Of a DNA stretch of 64,000 bases, positions 10,108 through 19,396 are shown piece after piece. Where the stretch lies: the NCBI GenBank assembly GCA_963743915.1, contig CAVURN010000002.1:128001-192000 (forward strand), given 5' to 3'. Position 1 is the first letter of the stretch. Each line of letters opens with the position of its first letter. The notes under the pieces are model-generated. The model was not told the DNA's origin. It did no database searches and saw nothing but the letters and a program-made list of their open reading frames with translations. This DNA comes from an uncultured Actinomycetota bacterium (lineage in GTDB: Bacteria > Actinomycetota > Actinomycetes > JAHEKZ01). A program made the position numbers and the translations under genes.

Positions 10108-10123
10108 TCGAACACATGTTCGA
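10108..10123. promoter_or_regulatory. LexA SOS box (TCGAAC-ACAT-GTTCGA)
   Basis: Perfect match to the actinobacterial consensus TCGAAC-N4-GTTCGA, overlapping the -10/+1 region of the HNH gene promoter. Confidence 0.9.
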
Positions 10124-10151
10124 GTGTACGGTCTGCGAACTTCACGGTCAA
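10123..10151 (-). promoter_or_regulatory. Housekeeping sigma promoter of the DUF222-HNH gene (TTGACC-N17-TACACT)
   Basis: Minus strand TTGACC at 10151-10146, 17-nt spacer, TACACT at 10128-10123. Confidence 0.75.
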
Positions 10152-10209
10152 CCCCTGTGCGGAAGGAATCTGCATCCCGCGGGCAGCCGCCAGTGGCGGC
10201 CGAATCCGA

Positions 10210-11028
10210 TCAGCCACTCGCCAGGATGACGAGCGTGCCGGGGATCACCGCCCCGCGGAGCGGGCTCCAACCGCCCCACACCTGGTCGTTGCCCGGCTTC
10301 CACGGCGGCTCGACGAGCCGCTCCAGCGTCAGGCCGGCGCCCACGACGAGGTCGACCCAGTCGCCGACCGTGCGGTGGTGCTCGACGTAGGTGACGCGAC
10401 CCGCCTCGTCCGTCTCTGCGTAGGGAGTCCGGTCGAAGTACGAGCGGACGGCGGTGAGGCCGCCCTCGCCGGGGTCGTCGCGGAAGGCCCAGCGGACGGG
10501 GTGTGTCACCGAGAGGGCGACCCGGCCTCCGGGGGCGACCACCCGGGCGACCTCGGCCAGCACGCGGTCTGCGTCGGCGACGAACGGAAGTGCGCCGTAC
10601 GAGCTGGCCACCACGTCGAACGACGCGTCGCGAAAGGGGAGGGCGCCTGCGTGCGCCAGGACGGTAGGGGTCCGCCAGCCCTGGGCGTCGTCGAGCCGTC
10701 GGCTGTGCTGCAGCATGCGGAAGGACAGGTCGAGTCCGACGACGCGGGCTCCCTGGGTGGCCAGCCAACGGGCGCCGGACGCCGCACCGCAGCCCAACTC
10801 GAGCACCCGTCGTCCGGCCACGGGTCCGATCAGACCGAGATCAGCCTCGTCCCACCCTTCGGGGCCCCAGAGCCAGCGTGCGGCGCCGAGCAGCTCCCCG
10901 TGCTCGGCGAGGTAGTCGTCGGCCTCCGCGTCCCACCACCGGCGGTGGGCATCGACGCTGGTCAGGGCGTCGACCCGGTGCCGACCGGGACCTCCGGTGC
11001 CCGGATCACCCTCAATTGACCCTGTCAC
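10210..11028 (-). CDS. Class I SAM-dependent methyltransferase
   Basis: VLELGCGAASG motif I, LPFRDASFDVV; conserved neighbour of rpsA; GTG 11028 lies 7 nt after TACGGT; start uncertain. Confidence 0.85.
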   Translation of the reverse strand: MTGSIEGDPGTGGPGRHRVDALTSVDAHRRWWDAEADDYLAEHGELLGAARWLWGPEGWDEADLGLIGPVAGRRVLELGCGAASGARWLATQGARVVGLDLSFRMLQHSRRLDDAQGWRTPTVLAHAGALPFRDASFDVVASSYGALPFVADADRVLAEVARVVAPGGRVALSVTHPVRWAFRDDPGEGGLTAVRSYFDRTPYAETDEAGRVTYVEHHRTVGDWVDLVVGAGLTLERLVEPPWKPGNDQVWGGWSPLRGAVIPGTLVILASG

Positions 11029-11045
11029 GGCGGCCACCGTAGACT
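11016..11045 (+). promoter_or_regulatory. rpsA promoter (TTGACC-N18-TAGACT)
   Basis: TTGACC 11016-11021 and TAGACT 11040-11045; overlaps the divergent methyltransferase -10. Confidence 0.65.
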
Positions 11046-11198
11046 GCCCGTTGCGCTGTGGGCCGGCGCGTCCTCGGACGGAGCAGGCTCGCGCTCGCAC
11101 TTTGTCGGTTTCCACCTGTTGCCAGGAGGTCTCGGCACGCGAAAGACGGCCCTCCGCGCGCACGTCCTCGACACCTGTCCGCTCGGAGCCCCGACTAC

Positions 11199-12752
11199 AT
11201 GTCCAACACTGCCATGACCAGCAGCACCGAAGTAGCCCCCAGCCTCACCACCCCCTCGACCTCCGGGGACGAGATCCCCGCAAGCACCACGGGCGGCACC
11301 GTGCAGGTGGCGGTCAACGACATCGGGTCCGAAGAGGCCTTTCTCGCGGCGATCGACGAAACGATCAAGTACTTCAACGACGGAGACATCGTCGAGGGCA
11401 CCATCGTCAAGGTCGACCGCGACGAGGTCCTGCTCGACATCGGCTACAAGACCGAGGGTGTCATCCCCTCGCGTGAGCTCTCGATCAAGCACGACGTCGA
11501 CCCGTCCCAGGTCGTCTCCGTCGGCGACGAGGTCGAGGCGCTCGTCCTCCAGAAGGAGGACAAGGACGGCCGCTTGATCCTGTCGAAGAAGCGCGCCCAG
11601 TACGAGCGCGCCTGGGGCACGATCGAGGAGATCAAGGAGGCCGACGGCGTCGTCAAGGGGTCGGTCATCGAGGTCGTCAAGGGCGGCTTGATCCTCGACA
11701 TCGGCCTCCGGGGCTTCCTCCCGGCGTCGCTCGTCGAGATGCGTCGGGTCCGCGACCTGCAGCCGTACGTCGGCCAGGAGATCGAGGCCAAGATCATCGA
11801 GCTCGACAAGAACCGCAACAACGTGGTGCTGTCGCGTCGGGCATGGCTCGAGCAGACGCAGTCGGCCGTTCGCCAGGACTTCCTGACGCAGCTGCAGAAG
11901 GGCCAGGTCCGGAGCGGCGTCGTCTCCTCCATCGTGAACTTCGGCGCGTTCGTCGACCTCGGTGGCGTCGACGGCCTCGTCCACGTCTCCGAGCTCTCCT
12001 GGAAGCACATCGACCACCCGTCCGAGGTCGTCGAGGTCGGTCAGGAGGTCACCGTCGAGGTGCTCGACGTCGACATGGACCGGGAGCGGGTCTCCCTGTC
12101 CCTCAAGTCGACGCAGGAAGACCCCTGGCAGCAGTTCGCCCGGACCCACCAGATCGGGCAGGTCGTCCCCGGACGCGTCACCAAGCTCGTCCCCTTCGGC
12201 GCCTTCGTCCGCGTGCAGGAGGGCATCGAGGGCCTGGTGCACATCTCCGAGCTCGCGGAGCGTCACGTCGAGATCCCCGAGCAGGTCGTCCAGGTGGGCA
12301 CCGAGATCTTCGTCAAGGTCATCGACATCGACCTGGAACGCCGTCGCATCTCGCTCTCGCTGAAGCAGGCGAACGAGGGCGCGTCCGATGCCGTCGAGTT
12401 CGACCCCACGCTGTACGGCATGGCCGCCACCTACGACGAGGCGGGCAACTACGTCTACCCGGACGGCTTCGACTCCGAGACCGGCGAGTGGAAGCCGGGC
12501 TTCGAGTCGGCGCGCGAGGAGTGGGAGCGCCAGTACGCCGAGGCGCAGGCCCGCTTCGAGGCGCACAAGAAGCAGATGGGCGAGGCGCAGAAGGCGGACC
12601 AGGAAGCCGCACTCGAGGCCGGTAGCACGCCGTCCACGTACTCGTCGGAGTCCGCGGAGGAGACCGTGGACGAGGAGCCGGCCGGTGGGTCACTGGCCAC
12701 CGACGAGGCTCTCGCCGCACTCCGCGAGAAGCTCACCGGCGCGGGCGAGTGA
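11199..12752 (+). CDS. rpsA: 30S ribosomal protein S1
   Basis: VAVNDIGSEEAFLAAIDETIKYFNDGDIVEG, four S1 repeats, LAALREKL C-terminus. Confidence 0.97.
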   Translation: MSNTAMTSSTEVAPSLTTPSTSGDEIPASTTGGTVQVAVNDIGSEEAFLAAIDETIKYFNDGDIVEGTIVKVDRDEVLLDIGYKTEGVIPSRELSIKHDVDPSQVVSVGDEVEALVLQKEDKDGRLILSKKRAQYERAWGTIEEIKEADGVVKGSVIEVVKGGLILDIGLRGFLPASLVEMRRVRDLQPYVGQEIEAKIIELDKNRNNVVLSRRAWLEQTQSAVRQDFLTQLQKGQVRSGVVSSIVNFGAFVDLGGVDGLVHVSELSWKHIDHPSEVVEVGQEVTVEVLDVDMDRERVSLSLKSTQEDPWQQFARTHQIGQVVPGRVTKLVPFGAFVRVQEGIEGLVHISELAERHVEIPEQVVQVGTEIFVKVIDIDLERRRISLSLKQANEGASDAVEFDPTLYGMAATYDEAGNYVYPDGFDSETGEWKPGFESAREEWERQYAEAQARFEAHKKQMGEAQKADQEAALEAGSTPSTYSSESAEETVDEEPAGGSLATDEALAALREKLTGAGE

Positions 12753-12762
12753 GCGCCGGCGC

Positions 12763-13596
12763 GTGACGGACCACCACGCCGACCCAGCCGAACTCGGTCT
12801 GGGCCAGGCTTTCGACGAGGAGATCCTCGGTGAGGAAGTCCTCGCCGACGACGGGCGGCTCGCTGCGGCGATCGCCTCCGCCGCGGGGCGCGCGCTGATG
12901 GAGCTCCGTCACCGGTTCGACAGCGGTGACGGCAAGGCCCTCAAGGACGCGGGAGACCGCCTCGGGCATGCGCTGATCACCGCCACGCTCAAGGCGTACC
13001 GTCCGTCGGACGCGGTTCTCTCCGAGGAGGGCGCCGACGACCTGGCCCGACTCGACGCCGACCGCGTGTGGATCGTCGACCCGCTCGACGGGACCCGCGA
13101 GTTCTCCGAGCCGCCTCGGGACGACTGGGCGATCCACGTCGCCCTGTGGGAGCGCGGTGCGGGCACCTCCGGTGTGGGCGAACTCACGGCTGGCGCTGTG
13201 GCACTTCCCGCCAAGGACCTCACCCTCGCCACCTACGATGTACCGGTACTGGCACCGTCCCGGTCGGGTCGTCCCCGCTTCATGGTCAGCCGCACGCGGC
13301 CCCCCGCCGAGGCTGAGCACGTGGCGCAGTCGTTGGGGGGCGAGCTGGTCCCGATGGGGTCGGCCGGGGCGAAGGCCATGGCCGTCCTTCTGGGTGAAGG
13401 TGACGCCTATGTCCACTCAGGGGGCCAGTACGAGTGGGACAGTGCTGCACCGGTGGCAGTGGCCCGCGCCGCTGGGCTGCACTGCAGCCGGATCGACGGC
13501 AGCCCGCTGGTCTACAACCAGGCGGACACGCTGCTGCCCGACCTGGTGATCTGCCGTCCGGAGCTTGCGGAAGGTGTCCTCGCGGCATTGGCGTGA
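12763..13596 (+). CDS. cysQ: 3'(2'),5'-bisphosphate nucleotidase CysQ (PAP phosphatase)
   Basis: VLSEEG, WIVDPLDGTREF, GSAGAK, YEWDSAAP; upstream of cysDN. Confidence 0.9.
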   Translation: MTDHHADPAELGLGQAFDEEILGEEVLADDGRLAAAIASAAGRALMELRHRFDSGDGKALKDAGDRLGHALITATLKAYRPSDAVLSEEGADDLARLDADRVWIVDPLDGTREFSEPPRDDWAIHVALWERGAGTSGVGELTAGAVALPAKDLTLATYDVPVLAPSRSGRPRFMVSRTRPPAEAEHVAQSLGGELVPMGSAGAKAMAVLLGEGDAYVHSGGQYEWDSAAPVAVARAAGLHCSRIDGSPLVYNQADTLLPDLVICRPELAEGVLAALA

Positions 13597-13639
13597 CGGG
13601 TCGGCCCGACGGCCGGCCGACGGAACAAGGAGAGAAAGC

Positions 13640-14554
13640 GTGTCCTCGATCGACTACCAGCTTTCCCAGCTGGACCTGCTCGAAGCCGAGTCCATCCACA
13701 TCATGCGTGAGGTGGCAGCGGAGTTCGAGCGTCCTGTGCTGCTCTTTTCCGGAGGCAAGGACTCCATCGTCATGCTCAGGCTCGCCGAGAAGGCGTTCTG
13801 GCCGGCGAAGATCCCCTTCCCGTTGATGCACGTCGACACCGGGCACAACTTCGACGAGGTGATCGAGTTCCGCGACCGTCGCGTCGAGGAGCTCGGAGCC
13901 CGGCTGATCGTGGCCTCCGTCGAGGACGCCATCGCCGAGGGCCTCGTCACGGACCCCACCGGCCCGCGTGCGTCTCGCAACAGCATCCAGACCGTGCCGT
14001 TGCTCAAGGGCATTGTCGACAACAAGTTCGACGCCGTCTTCGGCGGTGCGCGGCGCGACGAGGAGAAGGCACGCGCCAAGGAGCGGGTCTTCTCGTTCCG
14101 GGACGAGTTCGGCCAGTGGGACCCGAAGGGTCAGCGTCCGGAGCTCTGGAGCCTGTACAACGGCCGGCACCGCCAGGGTGAGCACATTCGCATCTTCCCG
14201 CTGTCGAACTGGACCGAGCTCGACATCTGGCAGTACATCCAACGCGAAGAGCTCGAGCTGCCGTCGATCTACTACGCGCACAAACGTCCGGTGTTCGTGC
14301 GCGACAACATGCTGATGGCCGTCACTGAGGTGACGCCCCCCGACGAGGGCGCCGACGTGTTCGAGGCGCAGGTGCGGTACCGCACCGTCGGGGACATGAC
14401 GTGCACCGCCGCCGTCGAGTCGGACGCGGACACCGTGGAGAAGATCATCGAGGACGTCGCCGCCAGCCGGATCACCGAGCGCGGCGCGACCCGAGCAGAC
14501 GACCGGGCCTCCGAGGCCGCAATGGAAGACCGTAAGCGCGAGGGGTACTTCTGA
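13640..14554 (+). CDS. cysD: Sulfate adenylyltransferase subunit 2
   Basis: LEAESIHIMRE, LFSGGKDS, GGARRDEEKARAKER, MEDRKREGYF; AAGGAGA RBS. Confidence 0.96.
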   Translation: MSSIDYQLSQLDLLEAESIHIMREVAAEFERPVLLFSGGKDSIVMLRLAEKAFWPAKIPFPLMHVDTGHNFDEVIEFRDRRVEELGARLIVASVEDAIAEGLVTDPTGPRASRNSIQTVPLLKGIVDNKFDAVFGGARRDEEKARAKERVFSFRDEFGQWDPKGQRPELWSLYNGRHRQGEHIRIFPLSNWTELDIWQYIQREELELPSIYYAHKRPVFVRDNMLMAVTEVTPPDEGADVFEAQVRYRTVGDMTCTAAVESDADTVEKIIEDVAASRITERGATRADDRASEAAMEDRKREGYF

Positions 14555-15810
14555 TGGAGCTGCTGAGACTGGCCACCGCTGGCTCGGTCGACGACGGCAA
14601 GAGCACGCTGATCGGACGACTGCTCTACGACAGCAAGTCGATCTTCGAGGACCAGCTCGAGGCCGTTGAGCGCACGTCCCGTGACCAGGGGGCCGACTAC
14701 ACCAACCTTGCGCTGCTGACCGACGGTCTCCGTGCGGAGCGTGAGCAAGGCATCACGATCGACGTCGCCTACCGGTACTTCGCCACACCCAAGCGCAAGT
14801 TCATCATCGCCGACACCCCGGGTCACATCCAGTACACCCGCAACATGGTGACCGGCGCCTCCACGGCCAACCTCGCGATGATCCTCGTGGACGCGCGCAA
14901 CGGCGTCATCGAGCAGAGTCGCCGTCACGCGTTCCTCGCGTCGCTGCTGCGGGTTCCGCACGTCGTGATGCTGGTCAACAAGATGGACCTCGTCGACTAC
15001 GACCAGGCAGCGTACGAGCGGGTCGCCGACGACTTCCGGGCGTTCGCCGCCAAGCTCGACATCCCGGACCTCACCATCATCCCGATCTCGGCGCTCAAGG
15101 GGGACAACGTCGTCACCCGCTCGGCGAGCATGCCGTGGTACGAGGGCTCGTCGCTCCTCCACCACCTCGAGAACATTCACATCGGCTCGGACCAGAACCT
15201 GATCGACGTCCGATTCCCGGTGCAGTACGTGATCCGTCCCCAGTCCGATGCCTTCCACGACTACCGCGGCTACGCGGGCACCGTGGCCGGCGGCACGATC
15301 AAGGTGGGCGACGAGGTCATGGTGCAGGCGAGTGGCCTCACCTCACGCGTGGTCGGCATCGACCTGTTCGGGCAGGAGCTGCAGGAGGCACACCCACCCA
15401 TGTCGGTGGCCCTGCGCCTCGCCGACGACCTCGACGTCAGTCGCGGTGACATGATCTGTCGCCCGCACAACCACCCGCACGCGACGCAGGACCTCGACGC
15501 GATGGTGGTGTGGATGCAGCAGGGCACCCGCATCCAGGAGGGCAACCGCTACATCATCAAGCACACCACACGGACGGCCAAGACGATCGTCAAGGATCTG
15601 CAGTACCGCCTCGACATCAACGACCTTCACCGTGACGAGAAGTCCACCTCGCTCGGGCTCAACGAGATCGGTCGACTCACCTTCCGCGTCACGCAGCCGC
15701 TGTTCGTCGACGAGTACCGGCGGAACCGGCTGACCGGGTCGTTCATCCTGATCGATGAGGGGTCGGGCGCGACCGTCGCGGCGGGGATGGTCGTCGACAC
15801 CGACGTCTGA
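14554..15810 (+). CDS. cysN: Sulfate adenylyltransferase subunit 1 (GTPase), no fused CysC domain
   Basis: GSVDDGKSTLIGRLL, AEREQGITIDVAYRYF, ADTPGH, NKMD; 418 aa, ending after domain III. Confidence 0.95.
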   Translation: MELLRLATAGSVDDGKSTLIGRLLYDSKSIFEDQLEAVERTSRDQGADYTNLALLTDGLRAEREQGITIDVAYRYFATPKRKFIIADTPGHIQYTRNMVTGASTANLAMILVDARNGVIEQSRRHAFLASLLRVPHVVMLVNKMDLVDYDQAAYERVADDFRAFAAKLDIPDLTIIPISALKGDNVVTRSASMPWYEGSSLLHHLENIHIGSDQNLIDVRFPVQYVIRPQSDAFHDYRGYAGTVAGGTIKVGDEVMVQASGLTSRVVGIDLFGQELQEAHPPMSVALRLADDLDVSRGDMICRPHNHPHATQDLDAMVVWMQQGTRIQEGNRYIIKHTTRTAKTIVKDLQYRLDINDLHRDEKSTSLGLNEIGRLTFRVTQPLFVDEYRRNRLTGSFILIDEGSGATVAAGMVVDTDV

Positions 15811-15846
15811 CGGCACCCGACCGGACGTGGGTGCGTCCGAGAGCGC

Positions 15847-17208
15847 TCACGGTGTCACGGCGCCGAGTCGGACCAGCGCGTCGTACACCTCGTCCACGCA
15901 GTCCTCGATGCTGCGTCCTGTGGTGTCGATGACCACCTCGGCGTCGGCCGGCTCCTCGTAGGGGTCGGAGATCCCGGTGAACTCGGGGATCTCGCCGCGT
16001 CGCGCCTTCGCGTACAGGCCCTTGCGGTCGCGGCGCTCGCACTCCGCGAGCGGGGTGGCCACGTGGACGAGCACGAACATCCCGTGCTCCTCGACCATCG
16101 CGCGTACCTCGCGACGCGTCGCGTCGTAGGGGGCGATGGGGCAGCAGACCGCGATGCCTCCGGCCTTGGTGATCTCACTGGCCACGAACCCGATCCGCAG
16201 CACGTTCGTGATGCGGTCCGGCCGACTGAACCCCAGACCCTTGGACAGATGGTGCCGGACCACGTCGCCGTCGAGGAGACTGACCGACCGGCTCTCGTGC
16301 TCGACCAGGCGGACCGCCAGTGCCCTCGCGACGGTGGACTTGCCGGACCCGGAAAGCCCCGACAGGAGCACGGTCAGCCCGGTGCGCGAGGTCGGCCGGT
16401 GCAGACGCCGGAGCTCGTCGGCGACAGGCGGCTCGGCCGCCCAGGACGGCAGCGGGGTTCCGTCGAGGACCCACGCGTCGAGCAGGTCCTCGGGGACGAC
16501 GACCTGATCCGCGGCGACGTCCAGCGGTCGGAGCGGGACCGCCGGGTCCGCCGGGAGCTCGTCCACCAGGCCCGGGACGACGAGCAGCTCGTCCGCACCG
16601 TAGGCGGCGGCCAGCTGGGCGCGGAGCCGCAGACCGGGCGCGTCCCAGGGGAGCGGAGGTGCGGGGATCACGACCAGACGGTCGACGGGACGTCGCGTGG
16701 TGGCGGCCACGGCGAGCCGCACGGGTGCGTTGGCGGCCCTGCTGGTCTCCCGTCCGGCCGGGACCGGTGCGAGCTCGAGGATCGTGGCGCCCGATGCCTC
16801 CGCCTGTGCCCGGGCCGCGAGCCGCACGGCGTGGGTCGTCGGGGTGGGAGTCCAGAGGGCCCAGACCGGGCCGTCGCCGGTGGAGTGCGACAGCTCCGCC
16901 GGCGTGCGGCGGAGGGAGACGTGGTCGACGACGCTGAACCCGGACTGCGCGCGGACGGATCCGGACACCCATCCGTCTCGCACGGTGTCCACCGTCACGG
17001 TCGCGAGGGTGACGCCCTCGGGGTCCAGCAGGTCCACCTCGTCGGGGGCGGCACCTTGCGGCGCCGGTGTCGAGAGGAACAACGTCGGGGCCAGCGTCGC
17101 CGGCGAGGGCAGCAGATAGCGGGCGGGCAACGCGCCGTCGAGCATCAGCTGCAGATACGAGAGATCGTCCCCGTGGAGCGTATGCTGCAGGCGTTGGTCG
17201 TGGGTCAC
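15847..17208 (-). CDS. cysC: Adenylyl-sulfate (APS) kinase with degenerate N-terminal ATP-sulfurylase-like region
   Basis: C-terminal [42 protein letters not shown]; N-terminal DLLDPEGVTLA resembles the Sat PUA-like domain. Confidence 0.9.
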   Translation of the reverse strand: MTHDQRLQHTLHGDDLSYLQLMLDGALPARYLLPSPATLAPTLFLSTPAPQGAAPDEVDLLDPEGVTLATVTVDTVRDGWVSGSVRAQSGFSVVDHVSLRRTPAELSHSTGDGPVWALWTPTPTTHAVRLAARAQAEASGATILELAPVPAGRETSRAANAPVRLAVAATTRRPVDRLVVIPAPPLPWDAPGLRLRAQLAAAYGADELLVVPGLVDELPADPAVPLRPLDVAADQVVVPEDLLDAWVLDGTPLPSWAAEPPVADELRRLHRPTSRTGLTVLLSGLSGSGKSTVARALAVRLVEHESRSVSLLDGDVVRHHLSKGLGFSRPDRITNVLRIGFVASEITKAGGIAVCCPIAPYDATRREVRAMVEEHGMFVLVHVATPLAECERRDRKGLYAKARRGEIPEFTGISDPYEEPADAEVVIDTTGRSIEDCVDEVYDALVRLGAVTP

Positions 17209-17448
17209 GGGGAACTCCGGTGTGGGCGGCGCGCGGGTCGTGCGCCGGGGGGCGAACGAGTGTCGCGGAAACGCTAGTGGAGCCCTTCGCGGGCGCGTGG
17301 ACCCGGTCCCGTGACTGGCGGTGACCTGTGACTAACGAATTGTGACCTTGTCGTGGTGGTCGGGTGAATGACAGCGGTCGTGTCGACGAAAGTCGCCCCG
17401 GCGGTGCCGATGACGGGGCAGACTCGGCTCAGCGACCTAAGGGGGGTC

Positions 17449-19014
17449 ATGCGTCACGTTGATGAACCGGAGATGACGGCCGCGCAGGACGCCGTCGTCG
17501 ACGTCGAGCCGACCGTCACCGGGCCCACACCGGATGACTTGGCGGTGTACACCCGACTGCCCGCCGCGGCTCAGGGCCCGACCACCACCGATCCGCGCGA
17601 CTACGCGTTGCTGGGGCCTGTCGTCGAGGCGGCCCCTCGCTGGCTGCCCCGCTACACCATGGCGGTGGTCCTCGCCGACCTGGTGGCTGCACTGGTGTCG
17701 GCGATCATCGCCGTCTCTGTCCCGTTGACGGGCGAACATTGGGTGGACGCCTGGGTGGTGGCGCTCTTCCCGCCAGCGTGGGTCGCCGCCCTGGCCGTGG
17801 GTCGCACCTACGAGCACCGGTTCGTGGGCAACGGCAGCGAGGAGTACAAGCGGCTCTTCCACACCAGCGTCGCCTTCCTCGCCGTCATCGGCACCTTGGC
17901 GTACGCCTTCAACCTCCAGCTCACCCGCGGTGTCGTCGTCGTCGGGCTGCCTCTGGCCATGCTGCTCTCGCTCGTCGGCCACTGGGTGGCTCGCCAGATC
18001 CTGCACGCGGCCCGCGGTCGAGGGCGCTGCATGCAGCGCGTCGTGGTCGTCGGTCTCGAGCGGTCCGTCGCCGAGCTCATCCGCTCGGTGCGGCGCGAAC
18101 CGCACGCGGGACTCCACATCAGCGCCGTCTGCATCGACCGGCCCCGAGGCGACAGCGTCGAGGGCGTGCCGGTCCTCGGCGACAGCGACCATGTGCTGGA
18201 GGTACTCCGCGAGGTGGGTGCCGACACGGTGGCCGTCACCGCGTGGTCCGACGTGTCCCAGAACGACCTCCGCCGTCTCTCGTGGGACCTCGAGGGCTCG
18301 GGAGTGACACTGCTGGTGGCGCCCCGACTCACGGACATCTCCGGCCCACGCATCCACATCCGGCCGGTCGCCGGGCTTCCGCTGCTGAACGTGGAGGAGC
18401 CGGAGTTCTCCGGGGTCCGCCGCATCGTCAAGGGTGGGCTCGACAGGTTGCTCGCCCTCTTCGCGATCGTGCTGCTCCTTCCGGTGCTGGCCGGCATCGC
18501 CCTTGCGGTGGCCGCGACGTCGCGCGGGCCGATCCTGTTCCGCCAGGTGCGGATCGGTCGGCACGGCGAGCCCTTCGTGATCCACAAGTTCCGCAGCATG
18601 TACTGCGACGCCGAGGAGCGCCTGGCCGAGCTCGAGCACCTCAACGAGGCGGACGGGACTCTCTTCAAGGTGCGTGACGACCCGCGGGTCACCCTCGTGG
18701 GGCGGTACCTGCGCCGTTTCAGCCTCGACGAGCTGCCGCAGTTCTTCGACGTGCTCCTGGGACGCATGTCGCTCGTCGGTCCCCGTCCGCCGCTGCCCAC
18801 CGAGGTCGACCGCTACGCCTCGTTGGTGCGCCGTCGTCTCGTCGTGAAGCCAGGCATCACCGGGTTGTGGCAGGTGTCGGGCCGCTCGGACCTGTCGTGG
18901 GACGAATCGGTGCGCCTCGATCTGCTCTACGTCGAGACGTGGTCGCTCGCCCTCGACATCACGATCATGCTGAAGACCGTGCTGGCGGTGCTCAGGCGGC
19001 GCGGCGCGTACTAG
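17449..19014 (+). CDS. Polyprenyl-phosphate glycosylphosphotransferase (WcaJ/WbaP-type priming sugar transferase)
   Basis: N-terminal TM helices, KFRSM, DDPRVT, SLDELPQ, MSLVGPRP, KPGITGLWQVSGR; start 17449 or 17368. Confidence 0.92.
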   Translation: MRHVDEPEMTAAQDAVVDVEPTVTGPTPDDLAVYTRLPAAAQGPTTTDPRDYALLGPVVEAAPRWLPRYTMAVVLADLVAALVSAIIAVSVPLTGEHWVDAWVVALFPPAWVAALAVGRTYEHRFVGNGSEEYKRLFHTSVAFLAVIGTLAYAFNLQLTRGVVVVGLPLAMLLSLVGHWVARQILHAARGRGRCMQRVVVVGLERSVAELIRSVRREPHAGLHISAVCIDRPRGDSVEGVPVLGDSDHVLEVLREVGADTVAVTAWSDVSQNDLRRLSWDLEGSGVTLLVAPRLTDISGPRIHIRPVAGLPLLNVEEPEFSGVRRIVKGGLDRLLALFAIVLLLPVLAGIALAVAATSRGPILFRQVRIGRHGEPFVIHKFRSMYCDAEERLAELEHLNEADGTLFKVRDDPRVTLVGRYLRRFSLDELPQFFDVLLGRMSLVGPRPPLPTEVDRYASLVRRRLVVKPGITGLWQVSGRSDLSWDESVRLDLLYVETWSLALDITIMLKTVLAVLRRRGAY

Positions 19015-19037
19015 GCCACGTGCCGCTCCTCAAGGGC

Positions 19038-19322
19038 TCAGGGCATCCACCGTGCCAGCGCGAGCAGCACCACGCCGAAGAGGGTGAGGACCAGCAACGC
19101 GGAGACGACGCCGACCTCGAGCACCTGCAGCAGGGGATGGTCCGCCCAGCGAGGACGCCGGGTCGGCGCTCGGGTCGCTTCGGGGACGACCGTGCGGGTG
19201 GAAGCCCGGTGACGAGCAGGGGCGTCGGCGGGTCGGCCGCCCCAGAGCAACGGGACCTGGAGGACTGTCGCCACGTCCGACTCGGGCAGGTCGTCGTAGG
19301 AGCGGAGAGGCGCCTCGGTCAC
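19038..19322 (-). CDS. Small hypothetical protein with C-terminal transmembrane helix (94 aa)
   Basis: GTG 19322 lies 7 nt after TAGCGT; C-terminal VGVVSALLVLTLFGVVLLALARW; fills the gap between sugar transferase and coaE. Confidence 0.55.
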   Translation of the reverse strand: MTEAPLRSYDDLPESDVATVLQVPLLWGGRPADAPARHRASTRTVVPEATRAPTRRPRWADHPLLQVLEVGVVSALLVLTLFGVVLLALARWMP

Positions 19323-19396
19323 GGCACCAACGCTAGCCGTTGACCGCCGCGACGCCTCGACCACCGGAACCTCCTGACCTGGTCCAGAATGGGCGT

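Noticed and set aside
11025-12566. Long antisense ORFs opposite rpsA (also opposite polA, uvrA, tkt, sufB, sufS and others)
   Set aside because: Shadow ORFs expected from high-GC codon bias; no recognisable motifs, and they mirror well-identified genes
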